Below, in pieces: positions 59,576 through 64,000 of a stretch of DNA of 64,000 nucleotides. Origin of the DNA: an uncultured Nitrospiraceae bacterium (lineage in GTDB: Bacteria > Nitrospirota > Thermodesulfovibrionia > Thermodesulfovibrionales > Dissulfurispiraceae); assembly GCA_963727805.1 (NCBI GenBank), contig CAVSHF010000003.1:672001-736000 (forward strand), read 5' to 3'. The stretch's first letter is position 1, and every line of letters begins with the position of its first letter. The translations under genes and the position numbers were made by a program. The notes under the pieces are model-generated. The model ran no database searches, was not told the DNA's origin, and worked only from the letters and a program-made list of their open reading frames with translations.

Positions 59576-59963
59576 ACTTACAGTAATTATGTCAACCATC
59601 GGACACTTTGTCAATAATTCCAATACTAAATGCATGTGACGGCCATCACTCATTTTGCAAATTCCTCTTGAATTAGGTAAGTTATTGATCTTTTAGGTCT
59701 TTGTCTTTATTGGATAGGTCCAACTTACCCACATTTTGGGTGAGGCAACTAATACAATTCCCTATCAATTTTTATGTGAAGCAACAAGTTCAAAGCAGCG
59801 ACATGCGATAACATTCAATATAAGGGAAACATTACTTATGTGGCATCTGAAGTGGTTCATCTCAAGGGTGCAAAGGCTGAATAATATCCCTGACTGATCC
59901 ACAAGGCATCTGAACCCGACTCAATCAATACACTGATTCTCAATATATGATAAAATATCGCGT

Positions 59964-60929
59964 ATGAAAAGCAGAATTTGCAAGAGAATCCTCATCACCG
60001 GAGGCGCGGGCTTCCTCGGTTCACATCTGTGCGAAAGGCTTTTGATTGACGGGAATGAAGTGCTTTGCGTCGATAATTTCTATACGGGCAGCAAAGAAAA
60101 TATTGCTCATTTAATGACAAACCCATATTTTGAAGTTCTCCGCCATGATATCTGTTTCCCGCTGTATGTTGAAGTTGACGAGATTTATAATTTAGCATGT
60201 CCCGCATCACCGGTCCATTATCAGTTTGACCCGGTACAGACAACTAAGGCTTCAGTTCACGGAGCTATTAATATGCTTGGACTCGCCAAGCGTGTGAAAG
60301 CCAGGATACTGCAGGCGTCAACAAGTGAAGTCTATGGTGATCCAACTGAACATCCGCAGACAGAAAGTTATTGGGGCAATGTTAACCCTATTGGTCTGAG
60401 ATCCTGCTATGATGAGGGCAAACGATGCGCCGAGACACTCTTTTTTGACTATCACAGACAGCACAAGATTAAGATAAAAGTAGCGCGAATTTTTAATACG
60501 TATGGGCCAAGGATGCATCCCGACGACGGCCGTGTTGTGAGTAATTTTATCATGCAAGCTTTAAGAGGGAAAGATATAACAGTCTTCGGAGACGGTTTGC
60601 AGACAAGAAGCTTCTGTTTTGTCGACGATATGGTTGATGGCCTTATGAGGCTCATGATTAGTCCGGAGGATTTTGTGGGGCCGGTAAACTTAGGGAATCC
60701 AATTGAGTTCTCGATACTCGAACTTGCAAATAAAGTTATAGAAATGGCTGGTTCAAAATCTAAAGTCGTTTTTAAACCTTTACCTTCTGATGATCCAAGA
60801 CAAAGGCAACCTTTTATTGAACTGGCTAGAGATAAGCTCCATTGGGAACCACAAGTACAGCTTGAAGAAGGTCTCAAAAAAACGATCACGTACTTCGAGA
60901 ACTTAATCAGAAGGACTAAAACTTCATAA
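59964..60929 (+). CDS. UDP-glucuronic acid decarboxylase (UDP-xylose synthase)
   Basis: [54 protein letters not shown]. Confidence 0.95.
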   Translation: MKSRICKRILITGGAGFLGSHLCERLLIDGNEVLCVDNFYTGSKENIAHLMTNPYFEVLRHDICFPLYVEVDEIYNLACPASPVHYQFDPVQTTKASVHGAINMLGLAKRVKARILQASTSEVYGDPTEHPQTESYWGNVNPIGLRSCYDEGKRCAETLFFDYHRQHKIKIKVARIFNTYGPRMHPDDGRVVSNFIMQALRGKDITVFGDGLQTRSFCFVDDMVDGLMRLMISPEDFVGPVNLGNPIEFSILELANKVIEMAGSKSKVVFKPLPSDDPRQRQPFIELARDKLHWEPQVQLEEGLKKTITYFENLIRRTKTS

Positions 60930-61089
60930 TTTACACATTCACACCGAGTGAGCAGTCTATTTCTTAACGTCTTTGTAGGAAGGCATGAGCCTGATCAGCT
61001 TAAGACTATCCACAGTAAGGGCCTAGCATGGATTCAACTTCGAAGATTATGCTCAATCACTTCAAGCACTTTGGAGATGCGTAGTTAAA

Positions 61090-62058
61090 ATGAAAAAAAT
61101 ATTAGTCACTGGCGGTGCAGGCTACATAGGAAGTCATGCGTGTAAGGCACTTGCATTGCAAGGGTATCTACCCATTACCTATGACAATCTTATTTATGGA
61201 CATGAATGGGCTGTCAAATGGGGACCGTTTGAAAAAGGCGATATTAATGATAGAAGTCGGTTAGATGAAGTATTCAATAAATATAAGCCAGATGCTGTGA
61301 TGCACTTTGCGGCCTACGCCTACGTGGGTGAATCAGTTGTGCATCCGGCAAAATATTATAGAAATAATGTTGCAGGTAGTTTGACGCTGCTTGAAGCAAT
61401 GAAGGATCACCGGGTTGATAAATTTATTTTTTCAAGTAGCTGCGCTACCTACGGGACGCCAATTAAGCTGCCTATTCCTGAGGATCATGAACAAAAACCC
61501 ATCAACCCTTATGGAAGGACGAAGTTAACAGTTGAACAAATCATGGCGGATTTCGCCCAGGCTTATGGCTTGCATCACGTATCATTGCGTTATTTTAATG
61601 CAGCTGGCGCAGACCCTGATGCTGAAATAGGAGAAGACCATAATCCCGAGACACATCTTATTCCTTTGGTGCTCAAGGTGGCGGCAGGAGAGATGCCGCA
61701 CATAGTTATCTACGGGGATGATTACGACACTCAAGATGGAACCTGTATTCGTGATTTTATACACGTGTCAGATCTTGCACAGGCGCACATATTGGCGTTA
61801 ATGAAACTGGAAAAGGGTTGTATTAATACCGCTTACAACTTAGGCAATGGACAAGGCTTCTCAGTAAAGCAAGTTATTGAAACAGCGAGAAGAGTTACCA
61901 AAAAAGAAATAACAGTAAAAGTTGGCATGCGTCGTCCTGGTGATCCTCCATGTCTTGTGGGTGCAGCGCAGAAAGCTGTTACAGAACTGCAGTGGTCTCC
62001 AAGGTATCCCTCACTATCCTCTATAATAGAAACCGCTTGGAAATGGGTCCTTCATTAA
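61090..62058 (+). CDS. galE: UDP-glucose 4-epimerase
   Basis: TGGAGYIGSH, HFAAYAYVGES, NPYGRTK, LRYFNAAGAD, DGTCIRDFIHV. Confidence 0.95.
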   Translation: MKKILVTGGAGYIGSHACKALALQGYLPITYDNLIYGHEWAVKWGPFEKGDINDRSRLDEVFNKYKPDAVMHFAAYAYVGESVVHPAKYYRNNVAGSLTLLEAMKDHRVDKFIFSSSCATYGTPIKLPIPEDHEQKPINPYGRTKLTVEQIMADFAQAYGLHHVSLRYFNAAGADPDAEIGEDHNPETHLIPLVLKVAAGEMPHIVIYGDDYDTQDGTCIRDFIHVSDLAQAHILALMKLEKGCINTAYNLGNGQGFSVKQVIETARRVTKKEITVKVGMRRPGDPPCLVGAAQKAVTELQWSPRYPSLSSIIETAWKWVLH

Positions 62059-62768
62059 AGCGGTAAAGGGATCTATCGATTTTAGTAGCAATGGCGTTCA
62101 ATAAATAAACAACATGAGACAACTCGCGCCGGAGCAGCGCTTCGCTGGTGCCGTTGCTCGACCCCGCATACTGCTTAACTCAAGCGCTTTACGTAGGGAA
62201 TTCAATGAACGCTTCGACGCCCTACCCCGAGGATCTGAAGTGTCCGCGTCTTGAAGCAGGGCATATTATACACAAAAGACAGGCTCGTCTTTAATGTGGA
62301 CGACCTGACAAATGCCGTCTCGGAAATATCCTCATAAATTTAACCCAATCGGATTGCTACTCGCTGATTTTTTTACGTTCATATGCCGATCAAGTCTATT
62401 GGCCATTGTTCCGCATACAAGATGGAAGCCATGATATGCCTTGAAGCTGGCTTATTCCCCTGAGTGATTAAATACGTTATACTTAAACAATTGGGAGGAA
62501 GTGACCAGCACGATGGAGATTTGCACGTGCCAAAGCAAACGCCCCGCAAGGAGAATATGAGGCGTCGGTTTTGACATGATTTATGCAGATAAACTCTTTC
62601 GCATATTCCAGCGTCTCCATCATCAGGATGAATTTGATGGCACGGGCATTGGTCTTGCAAATGTCCGCAGAATTGTATCACGCCGTAGGGAAAAACCTGA
62701 ACTAAAGGTCCCGTAGGGCACGGAGCTATCTTTTACGTTAGCCTCGTCAAAACAAAGGAGACAGTATC

Positions 62769-63212
62769 ATGCCGGAACTGAAGAATATTTTACTGGTCGA
62801 AGATGATCCATTCGATGTGGAACTTATTATTACAAGTCTTGCAGAGAGCGGTATCACCAATCAAGTTGATGTTCTCAGGGATGGCGATGGGGTTCTGGAT
62901 TATCTGCACTGCGGCGGAGAGTTTGCTGACAGGGTTGACTGCGTCCCTGCCATCGTCTTACTTGACCTCAAGCTTCCCAAGGTCGGTGGACTTGAAGTCC
63001 TCAAGCTGATCAGAGCCGACAAAATGTTTAATCGTCTGCCAGTAGTCATCCTTACATCATCGGGCGAAGAGCAGGACATTATCGCTGGGTACGAGCTAGG
63101 CACCAATGCATATGTTGTGAAGCCGGTCAATTATCTCGAATTTGTCGCTGCGATAAAAGAGCTTGGGAGTTTCTGGGCTATACTCAATGAGCCTCCACGC
63201 ATCAGAAGGTAG
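62769..63212 (+). CDS. Single-domain response regulator (Rcp1-like)
   Basis: [30 protein letters not shown] motif. Confidence 0.92.
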   Translation: MPELKNILLVEDDPFDVELIITSLAESGITNQVDVLRDGDGVLDYLHCGGEFADRVDCVPAIVLLDLKLPKVGGLEVLKLIRADKMFNRLPVVILTSSGEEQDIIAGYELGTNAYVVKPVNYLEFVAAIKELGSFWAILNEPPRIRR

Positions 63213-63246
63213 GTCAAAACACTATGCGAATCATCATCACGAAAAA

Positions 63247-63708
63247 ATGAATAACGAACAACTGAATAACGACAAGCCTATCGATATCCTACTGGTGGAG
63301 GACAATCCCGGAGATGTACGCCTGACCATAGAGGTACTCAAGGATGCCAAGGTTCGCAACAATATGTGCACGGTCAACGACGGTGCCGCCGCACTGGCCT
63401 ATCTCAGGCGTGAAGGGGATTACGCTGATGCACCCCGACCGGACCTCATACTGCTTGACCTGAACTTGCCGAAGAAAGACGGACGGGAGGTGCTAGCAGA
63501 GATAAAAACAGACGCCAACCTGAGACGTATCCCCGTAGTAGTCCTTACAGTATCCAAGGATGAGGAAGACATACTTAAGGCCTACGATCTTTATGCCAAT
63601 TGTTACATTACAAAGCCGATCGATCTAGGCCAGTTCATCAACGTCATTAGAACTATTAAAGAATTCTGGCTAACCATTGTCAAATTGCCGCCGGATGTCA
63701 AGAAATAA
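63247..63708 (+). CDS. Single-domain response regulator (Rcp1-like)
   Basis: [38 protein letters not shown]. Confidence 0.92.
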   Translation: MNNEQLNNDKPIDILLVEDNPGDVRLTIEVLKDAKVRNNMCTVNDGAAALAYLRREGDYADAPRPDLILLDLNLPKKDGREVLAEIKTDANLRRIPVVVLTVSKDEEDILKAYDLYANCYITKPIDLGQFINVIRTIKEFWLTIVKLPPDVKK

Positions 63709-63776
63709 GTGGCATTATTTTGTCCGCGCGCCTGAAATAAGAATTCCCAGAAAAGTCCCTGCACGGTTTCATACAG

Positions 63777-63998
63777 TTATCCTGTCAATTTAGCCGGTTG
63801 TTCAAGCCCGAGCACGACCTTCACCATGTCGCCGTCATCATAAGCCTGCCTGAACCCGTATTTAAAGCCGAATTTTATCATCCTCCTGTTCTCTTTCAGG
63901 ATCTCCATCCAGAGCGATTTCAATTCAACCTTCCGCGCGATGTCGATGCAGTAATCCATAAGCATATTGCCGATGCCTTTCCCCTGCCACTGATCTGA
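63777..63998 (-). CDS. C-terminal GNAT domain (probably acetate-CoA ligase/GNAT protein acetyltransferase), truncated by window edge
   Basis: SDQWQGKGIGNMLM...ILKENRRMI...YGF. Confidence 0.75.
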   Translation of the reverse strand, partial: SDQWQGKGIGNMLMDYCIDIARKVELKSLWMEILKENRRMIKFGFKYGFRQAYDDGDMVKVVLGLEQPAKLTG

Positions 63999-64000
63999 TA

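Noticed and set aside
62110..62340. Possible degraded ABC ATPase fragment after galE
   Set aside because: No intact Walker or signature motifs; the similarity is impressionistic.

Overview
Bacterial genomic window, probably from an anaerobic Gram-negative organism of the Nitrospirota/Desulfobacterota type (inferred from gene content only). It is dominated by cell-surface and exopolysaccharide functions. (1) 1-14.8 kb: end of an EPS locus (methyltransferase, acetyltransferase, Wzx flippase, beta-helix protein, deacetylase, ATP-grasp, PHP, GT2), then exosortase-prsK-prsR. (2) 15-19.6 kb: three PEP-CTERM genes, each with a sigma-54 promoter and TGT-N11-ACA-type enhancer, interspersed with an IS110 relic and an intact ORF-less class D group II intron. 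(3) 19.7-33.6 kb, accessory region: ExeA-LysM ATPase, ankyrin protein, a complete IS110/IS1111 element whose non-coding end carries readable target and donor guides, a large S53 protease with tandem repeats, VapBC and HigBA pairs, and small orphan ORFs. (4) 34.1-42.2 kb: a tightly coupled five-gene, synthase-type polysaccharide operon (HEAT protein, GT2, TPR-glycoside hydrolase, Tat deacetylase, TPR/beta-barrel). (5) 42.3-54 kb: rnr, a 641-aa multiheme cytochrome c read through one in-frame TGA (candidate selenoprotein), duplicated RodZ-like genes, fabF and other housekeeping genes. (6) 54-64 kb: manB/manC, decayed EPS genes, a second ExeA-LysM, UDP-glucuronate decarboxylase, galE, two single-domain response regulators and a partial GNAT. 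No rRNA, tRNA or CRISPR array was seen.
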